Source: the human T2T-CHM13v2.0 reference genome, Homo sapiens. Taken from it: a stretch of DNA of 64,000 nt. Under the pieces are notes generated by a model. The model was not told the DNA's origin, did no database searches, and saw nothing but the letters and a program-made list of their open reading frames with translations. Position numbers and translations under genes: made by a program. The DNA is taken from the NCBI RefSeq assembly GCF_009914755.1, contig NC_060925.1; one strand, 5' to 3'. Positions 17,521 to 33,379 of the stretch are shown here, in pieces (the first letter of the stretch is position 1; each line of letters starts with the position of its first letter).

Positions 17521-18184
17521 CAAAGAAGGGCCAGATGGCTGAAGCTGATATACCCTCTTCATAGGGGAAAGAAAATTGGGGAAGAGGAAGATGGCTTTGA
17601 AAGACAATTTTTGAAGGGTGATAAATAATTTTAGGGAGGATGACTGGACCCAGGAGATGGAAATTAGCTTGCAATTGTTTCTTTGGAATTTGAATGAGAG
17701 ACAGAAAATATTTTGTCATAACGTCTGTCCAGGTGTGGTTACATTCCTCAGTCTACTATATGGTAGATAATGAAATTTCAGGTAGGGGGTGGAGGGTAAC
17801 TGTGTTTTTCTGGAGGAGCTTCAGATAAATGAACCTAAGGAAGACAATTTCACTCTGTGCTTAGGAGGAGGAACAGGAGAAGGCTAGAAAGTCCTTGGTT
17901 CTGAGGCTCTAGTCTAAGGTCTTTTAATTTTCTTTAGTTCATAAGTGCTCAGCACACCAAAGCACCATACTTTGGAATATCATTTTCTGAGCCCCACATC
18001 AATTCAAGAAAAATAATTGATTTTCAGTTTCTCTAGCTTTTCCTTGTTTTAACTCCAGAAGTGACAACTTTCAAGCTCTTTACATGTCCTATCTAGAACT
18101 AGAAGTCTGGGGAGAAGTATTTTATCACTGATCTTGTTTAGGATGGTTGACCCATGCTGCTAATAAAGAGTAGCCTAATTTTAA

Positions 18185-18484
<300 letters not shown>

Positions 18485-19684
18485 TTAGTAGGTTTTTAAA
18501 TGTTAAATTCTCTACATATTATGTGCTCCTCATTGCTTCATCTCAGAAGAGCTCTCCTGTTTTTCCCTCAAGCCCTTTGTCCAAATGAAACCATTTGTCT
18601 GCTTTTCTATCATTCTTCTTCTCATTCTTTACCCACTGACTCCTACTCATCCTCTAGGTCTGGACTTAAATCTCACTTCTTTGAAGAATATCTCTCTCAT
18701 TGTTTAAACTTGGTTAAATCAAAACTAGGTTAAATTATTGCATATTCCTTTGACTCTGTATGCTACCTTGGAAATATTTAAGTCTCTTGAAATTGCTTTT
18801 TAAATATAATCCTTGTGAGGGCAGGGACCATTTGTGTATTTTTAGTATCTAGCACAATTACTCACACAATGTGGGCACTGAAGAATAATGTATTGATTGA
18901 TACTTGACTGAAAGGTGTGACCCAATAATTCTACATCTGGCTGAGTTTTCTTAAAAGTGTAATGGTAACAGAGAGAAATCCTTTGAGCTGTACTATTTGA
19001 AAAAATTTATTTGAATTTGTAATCCAGCTAATCAAAGGATATAACCAAATATGAAATCATGCATAACTGGAGAAGATGTAGTATAAACAATGAATTGTCA
19101 ACATTAAGTCCAGTAAAGCAAAAACATATTTAGGCCCCAAACAGACTGCAATTATTATGATTATTGAAACAAAAGCTACACGATGCAAAAATAATTTGAC
19201 AATAATAAAATGAAATCTTAGAACATGACCAAAAATTGAGAGTATTAAACCTATACTGTTTTTTATCTGGAACTGATTGAGAAATATATGTTTCAGAATT
19301 AATTTAAAAATGTCAAGGTTACCAATAGTACAAAAACCAGAAAACAAATTATAACTTCCAAATTACTTAGGTAGAGGATGATGTGGGTAGCAAACAAAAT
19401 AAATGAAACTACATAATAAAAGTTAGAAATCAAATAAAATACCAAGGAAGCATGAAAGAATACTAGTTAAGATGTATTCTCTCTCTATAACCACACATAT
19501 ACACATGCATAATTTAAAAGGAGTGAAATCTTCTACTTTTCCTCTAGTAGATGATTTCACTTAAATCAAGTAAAAAGTAGACTTTTTTAGTAGTATAAAA
19601 AAGTAGCATAAAAAACAACTTTATGCTGTTTATAGGAGACAGAGTTTTTAAAAGTGATCCTGTGAAATTAAAAGTATCAGTGTT

Positions 19685-20005
<321 letters not shown>

Positions 20006-20062
20006 GTATCAGTGTAAAAAAATGCAATGAAAAAAAAAAAACTTGATGATACCAAAAAAGTC

Positions 20063-20195
20063 ACAGTGGCTTATGCCTAAAATCGGAGGATCACTTGAGC
20101 CCAAGGTTTCAAGGCTGCAGAGAGCTAGGCTATGATCGTGCCACTGCATTGTAGCCTGGGCAACCAGAGCAAGACCCCATCTTTTAACAAAAAAG
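20063..20195 (+). mobile_element. FRAM / AluJ fragment
   Basis: ggaggatcacttgagcccaagg...agcctgggcaac. Confidence 0.75.
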
Positions 20196-20439
20196 TTGAA
20201 TTCAGGGCAAAAAAACACTTGTAATGATTAAGAATATAATCAAAATGAAGATGTAACTAAAATGCATGAGTCAAGCCAAAAGATTCTTTTCAGGAAAATG
20301 AAGAAAGCACACGAAAATATAATAGTAATGAAAATCTTTATCCTCTCTTGATCCTTGAGTGATAAAGAAGACAAAAAAAAATAAAGCCATAGAGAAATAA
20401 AAATAGAATAAAACTGCTCTAATTGACACGTATGTCTTT

Positions 20440-20758
20440 TTTGTTGTTGTTCTTGTTGTATTTTTGTTTGTTTGTTTTTGAGACAGAGTCTCACTCTGTC
20501 GCCAGGCTGGAGTGCAGTGGCGCCCTCTCGGCTCACTGCAACTTCCTCCTCCTGGGATGAAGCGATTCTCCTGCCTCAGCTTCCTGAGTAGCTGGGACTA
20601 CAGGTGCGTGCCACCATATCCAGCTAATTTTTGTATTTTTAGTAGAGACGGGGTTTCATCATGTTGACCAGGATGGTCTCGATCTCTTGACCTCATGATT
20701 CGCCCGCCTCGGGCTCCCAAAGTGCTGGGATTACAGGCGTGAGCCATCACATCCAGCC
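20440..20758 (-). mobile_element. AluSc
   Basis: tgtcgccaggctgg, tcgatctcttgacctc. Confidence 0.88.
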
Positions 20759-22071
20759 TTTCATTCATATGTATTTCTTTAGTTCTTTTCCTAGCAAACA
20801 GATATTGAATGCGGTTTCTTCTCACTCATTAAATATTTACAAATTTTGTCCATATGTTAGGTCACAAAGGAAACCTTAAATAAATCCAAAATATAAAAAA
20901 CAATACAGAACACATTTTTTATTGTAATGCAAAAAAGTGACATTATTTACAAGAGTGGGTGCTAATAAGATTCGACTGAATGGAAATGAAATCAATTTTT
21001 CTTTATATCCTCCAAGTGAAAAAGCTGGACTCAGATGAAAAATGCATACTTTCATTATCAAACAAAAAATAATTAAATGAAATTAATATTGAATTCAGAT
21101 GTTGAATTAACATCTAAACAAAAGAAACAAAGATGAAAGTACCAATTAATAAAGTAGAAAAATAGAATAAATATACAAAATAAGAACTAATTCCTTGAAA
21201 ATAAACTTTATAAATAGAAAAGCTACTAATTTAACCTGTCAAGAACGAAGGAAGGAAATGTAAATACACAAAACTCAGGATGAAGAAGGATAAACAATAG
21301 ATGTGGAAAAAATAAAAGAAATTATAAGCAAATACTTTGCAACTCCTAATAAATTTGAAAAATGTGAAATGGCTTTGATATTTATATACTAGGCTTTAGG
21401 TTTTATAAAATATGTAGCATCTTTAGTTTCTATAAATTATTTGAATATTTTCGTGAACCTACCTTCCAGGGAAGAATGGACATAAACTTGTTAATTAGGA
21501 GTATCTCATTCTCTTCAAGATAAAGAGCCTCCTTTCTTTAAAACTGTCCATTTTGGGTAAATGCTCAGTCTGTCTAATTTTCTGACATCTTTTCTTTCCC
21601 AAGATAGTGCCTGGATATTGTTGACCACAGAAATTCTGCATCATTTGGTGAGGGGAACCATAAGGCTCAGATGTGAGAGGGTCCTCATACCTTACCCTAG
21701 CTCTTCTGTGTCCTCTATTATCAAGCTCTGCTTCTAGTGAAACTCCTGGTCCACCTTCTCAGTCTGGGTATTACTGATAAGGAGGTTAGCCAGCTTCCAT
21801 GTGAGTAGCCTTTTCTGGTCCTCTAAGATGGGGCTGTGCCTTCCAACTGACTTCTGTCTTGGGCCATGTGCCCACAGGTTCTCAACCACATTTTTTGCTC
21901 TGCCTCTTCTGTAGTGATGCATTGACAATCCTGCTAATCAACTATCTTCTGCATCTTTACCCAGGGCACACAGAAACTTCTGGATCCTATAGAAGCTGAG
22001 CACCATCTCTGGCTATCTATTTACTTGGCAAATTCCTTCTGTTGTTTTCACTCTGAAGAGGTTGTTTCATT

Positions 22072-22304
22072 TTTTTTTTTCCAGGTGGGGTCTCACTCTG
22101 TCACCCAGAGTGAAAGGCCCAGACTCCTGTGTAGCTGGGCCTTTAGGCATGCACCACCACATCTGGCTAATTTTATTTTAGTTTTTGTAGAGATGGGGTC
22201 TCCCTATGTTGCCAGGGCTGGTCTCACACTCCTGGTTCAAGTGGTCCTCCCTCCTTGGCCTCCCAAAGTGTCGGGATTACAGGCATGAGCCACCATGTCT
22301 GGCT
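22072..22304 (-). mobile_element. AluJ with internal deletion
   Basis: Alu arms; TSD ttgtttcattt/ttgtctcattt. Confidence 0.85.
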
Positions 22305-22842
22305 GATTGTCTCATTTTGATGTGGAAACATCTGGAATGATTTCCCACTTGAGTTCTACTGCTTGAGAACATGTAAGCATTCCACTAAATCCAGAGGTTG
22401 CATTTTGGGAGGAGGAATAGGGAAAAGAGATAAATGAAATATTTTAAACTGAAAGAGAAAATTTGAAATCAGAAGAGAATGAGCTACTTTAAATTGGCTA
22501 GTTTACCTTATCCCTGTCTTCCTTAATTGCTCACAGGGATGGGTACCCAGGAACAACATTGGATTAGTTATAGAAAACAAAAAACCCCTGCATATTTTGC
22601 ACATCTCAATGGTAGTTATTAAATTTTTGACCTTATTACACTTGAAATATCTTCAGATTACTTTCATCAATTGTGAATCTTGTTGCCTAGAAGCTGTCTC
22701 CCTTCAGGGACAGGGGAGGGCAGATTCCATCTAGAACAAAGGAGTCAATCAGCTTGCAGGTTCATAACTGACTTTTTAGGGGCCTCTGGAAAAACACTAA
22801 TCTGATGGCAAGAATTCACTAAGTGTGAAAATATGTTTCTGT

Positions 22843-23136
22843 TTTTTGAGACAGGGTCTTGCTCTGTCAAACATGCTGGAGTGTAGGGGCACCATCATGG
22901 TTCACTGCAGCCTTGACTTACTGGGGTCAATCGATTCTTCCACTTCAGCCTCCTAAGTAGCTGGGACGACAGGCACACATCACCACGCCCAGCTAGTTTT
23001 TGTATTTTTTTTTTTTTATAGAGACGAGGTTTTGCCATGTTGCCCAGGCTGATCTCAAACTCCTGGGCTCAATCAATCCACCCACCTTGTTTTCCTTAGG
23101 TGCTGGAATTACAGGAGTGAGCCATTGCACCTGGCC
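22843..23136 (-). mobile_element. AluJ
   Basis: gagacagggtcttgctctg...cactgcagccttgac. Confidence 0.88.
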
Positions 23137-24495
23137 GGTGAAAAGATATTTCTAAACAAACAAAACATGAACAAATAAAGCAAACAATTCTCTTTATGTA
23201 TTAAAAGCCAGGCTTAGAGCACTAAATACGAGTTCTATTATAAGTGGAGGAAACATAGAATATAAGGCTTGGAAGCCTCCACCAGTTAGGAAGAGAAGAA
23301 AGGCTTTCACATAGGACATCTGGAGAGGAAAACAGGTTGGGTGAAAAGGTCACAAGTTAGCATCCCTATATAGGCTCCACTCAGGGCCAAATATTGAGGA
23401 TCAGAAGAGGTAGTGGTACAATAGACAGGTATAGGAAAACCAGAGGACATCAGAGTTAGTGACGTCCTTCTTCAGGCATTCCCTGTGGATGAGAGGCCTC
23501 TCCAATTTGATCCACATTCAGAAAGGGCCACCCCTAACATGATGCAGGAATAAGAAAAGAACATTGGAAGAAACACGGTCCCCATCGGTCTCTTGAGAAA
23601 ATCAAGAATGTCCAGTGTGCTCCTTGTGGTGACACAGAAGATAGCAGAGTGCAGAATGAGTGGGCCTGCTATGGGGCAGTTTTGGCAAAAGACAAGTTGA
23701 CTCTAACGTAGGGGGTCCTGGATTGATGGTGTAATCCAAGGGCAAGATGGAGGATGTGGCTAAGACTTAGAGCATCTGCAACCTCAGAAAGAGCTAAGGT
23801 GTGGCCACCAGACAATGATTGTACCTAGAAAACAGACCAAGAAATTTATCACCTGTACATTTCAGAATTGGAGGCCAGTAAGTTTCAGAGGCTAACCGAA
23901 GATTACATACATGGACTCAAGGTGCCTCCCTCATTTATTTAAGAATATGTTAAGTGAGGGAAGTTCAAACTTTCCCTCTGAAGGTTAGAGTCTAAGTCTG
24001 CTAAAATGATTTGATGATAGACAGATTAGCAGGAATAAAAGGGATACAAATTTATTTAATGTGAATAAGCACATTAAATAATAATAAGCACATTAAATAA
24101 GCACATTAAATGGGGGAATCACAGGAGAATGATTACACAAAACCCAGTGAGGCACAGATGCTTATGTACCCTTCTGCATAGGGGAAGGGGAAGATGGAGA
24201 TTGTAGACAATTCCTTTGAGGAGTAGTAAATGATTATTAGGGAGAATGAATGGACCAGGGAGACAGAAACTAACTTGTAAATAATTCTATTTGGAATTTG
24301 AATGGTCCTGTGGGGCAGACATTATCTTGAGAAAAAGTCCTTCCAGGTGTGGTTTTATTCCTTAGTCTTTTTTTTCTGGGATAGATAATGAGATAATGGA
24401 AAGCAGTTGTATTTTCTTTGGCCAGTTAAATCATTTATGAAACTAATTTTTTAATTGACACATAATAATTGCACATATTTAGAGGATACGGTGTG

Positions 24496-24794
24496 TTTTT
24501 TTTCTTTTTAAATAGAAGGGATCTCGCTTTGTTGCCCAGGCTGGAGTGCAATGGCACCATTATACATAGCTCATTGTAATTATGAACTCCTGGGCTCAAG
24601 GAATCCTTCTGCCTCAGCTTCCCGAGTAGCTGGGACTTCAGACACATGCCAACATGCCTGGATAATTTTTACATTTTTTGTAGAGAAGGGATCTCACTGT
24701 GTTACTCAGGCTAGTGTTGAACTCCTGGCCTTAAGTGATCTTCCCACCTTAGTCTTCTAAATTGCTGAACAGGCATGAGCCAACATGCCTGGCC
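24496..24794 (-). mobile_element. AluJ
   Basis: Dimeric degenerate Alu inside L1MA 3'UTR. Confidence 0.85.
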
Positions 24795-25525
24795 AGTGTG
24801 ATATTATGATACATGTATACAATGTATAATGACCAAATCAGGGTAACTAGCATTTTCATCACCTCAAGAATTTATTATTTTTTTGTGTTGGAAACATTCA
24901 ACATCCTATCTTCTAGCTACTTGAAAATATGCAGTAAATTATTATTAACTATAGTCACCCTACAGAGCTATAGAAAACTAAAATTTATTCCTCCTCTCTA
25001 GCTGTAATTTTGTATCTGTTAACCAACTTCTCCTTATCATTCTCTCTCCCCTACCCTTCCCAGCCTCTAGTAACCACTATTCTGTCCTTTGCGTCTATGA
25101 AATTGGCTTTTTAAGCTTCCACATGAGTGCGAATATAGCGTATTTATCTTTCTGTGCTTGATCTATTTCACTTAATATGATGCCCTCCAGGCTTATCCAT
25201 GTTGCTGTGAATGACGGAAGTTCATTTTTTAATGGCTAAATAGTATTTCAATGTGGATATGTGCCACATTTTAAAAATCTATTCACCCATTGATGGACAC
25301 TTAGGTTGGTTCCATGTCTTGGCTATTGTCTGTAGTGCTGCAGTAAGCATGGGAATGCAGGTGTCTTTTTCACATACTGATTTCCTTTTTTTGGGGATAA
25401 ATACCCATTAGTGGAATTGCTGGATTGCATGGTCATTCTCTTTTTAGTTTTTTGAGGAGCCGCCATACTGTTCCTATAAAGAATTTATTAATTTACATTC
25501 CCACCAACAGTGTGTAAGTGTTCAT

Positions 25526-25615
25526 GGCCAGGCATGATGGCTTATGCCTATAATCCCAGCACTTTGGGAGGCTGAAGTGGGAGGATTGCTTGAACCCAGG
25601 AGTTTGAGACTAGCC
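25526..25615 (+). mobile_element. Alu left-arm fragment lacking a tail
   Basis: ggccaggcatgatggc...gagtttgagactagcc then L1 resumes. Confidence 0.8.
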
Positions 25616-27573
25616 CTTCTCCTCATCCTCACTAGCATTTGTTGTTTTTTTGGTCTTTTTGCTAATTGCCATTCTAAGTGAGGTGAAATGATATCTCATT
25701 GTGGTTTTGATTTGCATTTTTATGATGATCAGTGATGTTGAACATTTTTTTCACATAACCTGTTGGTCATTTGTAGGTCTTCCTTTGAGAAAAGTTTATT
25801 CAGATCCTTTGCCCATCTTTTAATAAGATTATTTGTTTTTTTAAATGTTAGTTGAGTTCCTTGTATATTCTATTAGTCTCTTGTTGGATGAATGGTTTGC
25901 AAATATTTTACCTCATTTTGTAGGTTGTCTATTCACTCTGTTGATTGTGTCCTTTGCTGCGCAGAAGCTTATTTTATGTAATCCCAGTTGTCTATTTTGG
26001 CTTTTGCTGCCTGTGCTTTTTAGGTCTTATCCACAAAAATTTTGCCCAGAACAAATGACCTATAGCATTTTCTCTATGTTTTCTTCTAGTAAAAGGCATA
26101 CAAATTTATTTAATGTGCATACAAATTTATTTAATTTGCATAAGCATGGGGGAATCACAGGAGAATGATTACATAATAACCCAGTGAGGCACAGATGCTT
26201 ATGTACCCTTCTTCAAAGGGGAAGGGGAAGATGGAGAGTCAGGTCTTACATTTAATTCTTTAATTAAATTAGAAGTTTACACAACAACCCAGTGAGGTAC
26301 ATATGCTTAAATACTCTTCTTCATAGGGGAGGGGGAAGATGGAGTTTCAGGTCTTAAATTTAATTTTTTAATTCATTTTGAGTTGATTTTTGTATATGAT
26401 GAGAAATAGGAATCTAGCTTTATTCTTCTGCATATGGATGTCCAGTTTTCCCAACACCATTTATTGAAGAGGATATCAGTTACCCAAAGTGTGTTCTTGG
26501 CACCTTGCTGGAAAATCAGGTGGCTATAAATAAGTGAATTTATTTCTCAGTTCTCCCTTCTGTACCATTGGTCTGTGTGTCTGTGTTTTCTCCTTCTCTG
26601 TTGTGGTTTGGTGGCTTTCTATAGTGATAAGGTTTGATTTATTTTTCTTGCACATATGTGTCTGCTATAGCAGTGAATTTTATATATTTGTGTGTTTTTA
26701 TGATGGTATTTACTGTTCTTTCACTTCCAGATGTAGGACTCCCTTAAGCATTGCTTGTGAGGCCAGTCTAGTGATGAATTCTCTCAGTATTTGTTGTCTG
26801 AGAGAGACTTTATTTCTCCTTCATTTCTGAAAGATAGCTTGCTAGGTAAAGCGTTCCTGGCTTAGTTTTTTGTTTTTTGTTTTTTGTTTTTAAATGCACT
26901 TTGAATATATCAACCTGTTTTCTCCTGGCCTGTAAGATTTCTGCTGTTAGTTTAATGGAAATCCTTTTATACACGACTTGAAAATTTTCTCTTGCTCTTT
27001 TCTGGAATTCTCTTTTTGTCTTTCACTTTTGACAGTTTGACTATAGTGTGCTTCAGAGAGATTTTTTTTGGGTTGACTTTATTTGAGCTTCCTTGATCTG
27101 GATGTCCCTATCTCTGTCAAGATTTAGTAAGTTTTCAGGTATTTTATAAAATTGGTTTTCTCTGTCCTTTGCTATGTATTTCCCTTTTGAAATTACCTTA
27201 ATGTGAATATTTGTTATTTTAATGGTGTCTCATAGGTCCTGTAGACTTACAGACTTTTTACATTCTTTTTTTTTTTTGGTCTGATTGGGTTATTTCAAAA
27301 GGCCTGTCTTTTGTTTTTTTTTTTTGTTTGTTTGTTTGTTTGTTTTAATAATTCTTTTTTTTTTTTTTATTATACTTTAAGTTTTAGGGTACATGTGCAC
27401 ATTGTGCAGGTTAGTTACATATGTATACATGTGCCATGCTGGTGCGCTGCACCCACTAACATGTCATCTAGCATTAGGTATATCTCCCAATGCTATCCCT
27501 TCCCCCTCCCCCGACCCCACCACAGTCCCCAAAGTGTGATATTCCCCTTCCTGTGTCCATGTGATCTCATTGT

Positions 27574-31426
<3,853 letters not shown>

Positions 31427-31462
31427 TTAGTTGATGCAGTTTCTTCCTAGTCTCGATGGTCT

Positions 31463-32479
31463 TTACATTTTGGCATGATTTTGCAGTGGCTGGTACCGGT
31501 TGTTCCTTTCCATGTTTAGCGCTTCCTTCAGGAGCTCTTTTAGGGCAGGCCTGGTGGTGACAAAATCTCTCAGCATTTGCTTGTCTATAAAGTATTTTAT
31601 TTCTCCTTCACTTATGAAGCTTAGTTTGGCTGGATATGAAATTCTGGGTTGAAAATTCTTTTCTTTAAGAATGTTGAATATTGGCCCCCACTCTCTTCTG
31701 GCTTGTAGGGTTTCTGCCGAGAGATCCGCTGTTAGTCTGATGGGCTTTCCTTTGAGGGTAACCCGACGTTTCTCTCTGGCTGCCCTTAACATTTTTTCCT
31801 TCATTTCAACTTTGGTGAATCTGACAATTATGTGTCTTGGAGTTGCTCTTCTCGAGGAGTATCTTTGTGGCGTTCTCTGTATTTCCTGAATCTGAACGTT
31901 GGCCTGCCTTGCTAGATTGGGGAAGTTCTCCTGGATAATATCCTGCAGAGTGTTTTCCAACTTGGTTCCATTCTCCACATCACTTTCAGGTACACCAATC
32001 AGACGTAGATTTGGTCTTTTCACATAGTCCCATATTTCTTGGAGGCTTTGCTCATTTCTTTTTATTCTTTTTTCTCTAAACTTCCCTTCTCGCTTCATTT
32101 CATTCATTTCATCTTCCATTGCTGATACCCTTTCTTCCAGTTGATCGCATCGGCTCCTGAGGCTTCTGCATTCTTCACGTAGTTCTCGAGCCTTGGTTTT
32201 CAGCTCCATCAGCTCCTTTAAGCACTTCTCTGTATTGGTTATTCTAGTTATACATTCTTCTAAATTTTTTTCAAAGTTTTCAACTTCTTTGCCTTTGGTT
32301 TGAATGTCCTCCCGTAGCTCAGAGTAGTTTGATCGTCTGAAGCCTTCTTCTCTCAGCTCGTCAAAATCATTCTCTATCCAGCTTTGTTCCGTTGCTGGTG
32401 AGGAACTGCGTTCCTTTGGAGGAGGAGAGGCGCTCTGCGTTTTAGAGTTTCCAGTTTTTCTGTTCTGTTTTTTCCCCAT
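31463..32479 (-). CDS. L1 ORF1p RNA-binding chaperone, intact 338 aa (REKG motif changed to REKR)
   Basis: MGKKQNRKTGNSKTQSASPPPKERSSSP...ARR...YPAKLS...NHAKM. Confidence 0.97.
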   Translation of the reverse strand: MGKKQNRKTGNSKTQSASPPPKERSSSPATEQSWIENDFDELREEGFRRSNYSELREDIQTKGKEVENFEKNLEECITRITNTEKCLKELMELKTKARELREECRSLRSRCDQLEERVSAMEDEMNEMKREGKFREKRIKRNEQSLQEIWDYVKRPNLRLIGVPESDVENGTKLENTLQDIIQENFPNLARQANVQIQEIQRTPQRYSSRRATPRHIIVRFTKVEMKEKMLRAAREKRRVTLKGKPIRLTADLSAETLQARREWGPIFNILKEKNFQPRISYPAKLSFISEGEIKYFIDKQMLRDFVTTRPALKELLKEALNMERNNRYQPLQNHAKM

Positions 32480-33379
32480 CTTTGTGGTTTTATCTACTTT
32501 TGGTCTTTGATGATGGTGATGTACAGATGGGTTTTCGGTGTAGATGTCCTTTCTGGTTGTTAGTTTTCCTTCTGACAGACAGGACCCTCAGCTGCAGGTC
32601 TGTTGGAATACCCTGCCGTGTGAGGTGTCAGTGTGCCCCTGCTGGGGGGTGCCTGCCAGTTAGGCTGCTCGGGGGTCAGGGGTCAGGGACCCACTTGAGG
32701 AGGCAGTCTGCCCGTTCTCAGATCTCCAGCTGCGTGCTGGGAGAACCACTGCTCTCTTCAAAGCTGTCAGACAGGGACACTTAAGTCTGCAGAGGTTACT
32801 GCTGTCTTTTTGTCTGTGCCCTGCCCCCAGAGGTGGAGCCTACAGAGGCAGGCAGGCCTCCTTGAGCTGTGGTGGGCTCCACCCAGTTCGAGCTTCCCGG
32901 CTGCTTTGTTTACCTAAGCAAGCCTGGGCAATGGCGGGCGCCCCTCCCCCAGCCTCGTTGCTGCCTTGCAGTTTGATCTCAGACTGCTGTGCTAGCAATC
33001 AGCGAGATTCCGTGGGCGTAGGACCCTCTGAGCCAGGTGTGGGATATAGTCTCGTGGTGCGCCGTTTTTTAAGCCGGTCTGAAAAGCGCAATATTCGGGT
33101 GGGAGTGACCCGATTTTCCAGGTGCGTCAGTCACCCCTTTCTTTGACTCGGAAAGGGAACTCCCTGACCCCTTGCACTTCCCAGGTGAGGGAATGCCTCG
33201 CCCTGCTTCGGCTCGCGCACGGTGCGCGCACACACTGGCCTGCGCCCACTGTCTGGCACTCCCTAGTGAGATGAACCCGGTACCTCAGATGGAAATGCAG
33301 AAATCACCCGTCTTCTGCGTCGCTCACGCTGGGAGCTGTAGACCGGAGCTGTTCCTATTCGGCCATCTTGGCTCCTCCC
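32480..33379. promoter_or_regulatory. L1 5'UTR: sense internal promoter with YY1 site, antisense promoter, CpG island
   Basis: YY1 motif caagatggcc at 33370-33361; the most CpG-rich non-Alu stretch in the window. Confidence 0.88.
32931..33146 (+). CDS. L1 antisense ORF0, intact 71 aa
   Basis: MAGAPPPASLLPCSLISDCCASNQRDSVGVGPSEPGVGYSLVVRRFLSRSEKRNIRVGVTRFSRCVSHPFL. Confidence 0.88.
   Translation: MAGAPPPASLLPCSLISDCCASNQRDSVGVGPSEPGVGYSLVVRRFLSRSEKRNIRVGVTRFSRCVSHPFL

Larger units (their letters stand above)
15810..17998 (-). mobile_element. ERV1 solo LTR, MER39/MER34 family, split by nested LTR and L1
   Basis: 5' end tgtggggctcagaaaatgatattccaaagtatggtgc at 17998; 3' end at 15810-15936. 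Confidence 0.72.
21461..23824 (-). pseudogene. Putative decayed TRIM-family (RING, B-box, coiled-coil) gene relic
   Basis: Manual translation: ATSSI..LDYTINP and SQLVFCQNC-x13-CVTTR (23760-23620); ICQVN..QKFLCALG and ITTEEAEQK (22033-21892); QKRLLTWK...QTEKVDQEFH (21817-21737); many stops and frameshifts; not database-confirmed. Confidence 0.5.

Noticed and set aside
24064-24111. CRISPR-like short direct repeats
   Set aside because: No spacers, eukaryotic LTR context; explained by slippage
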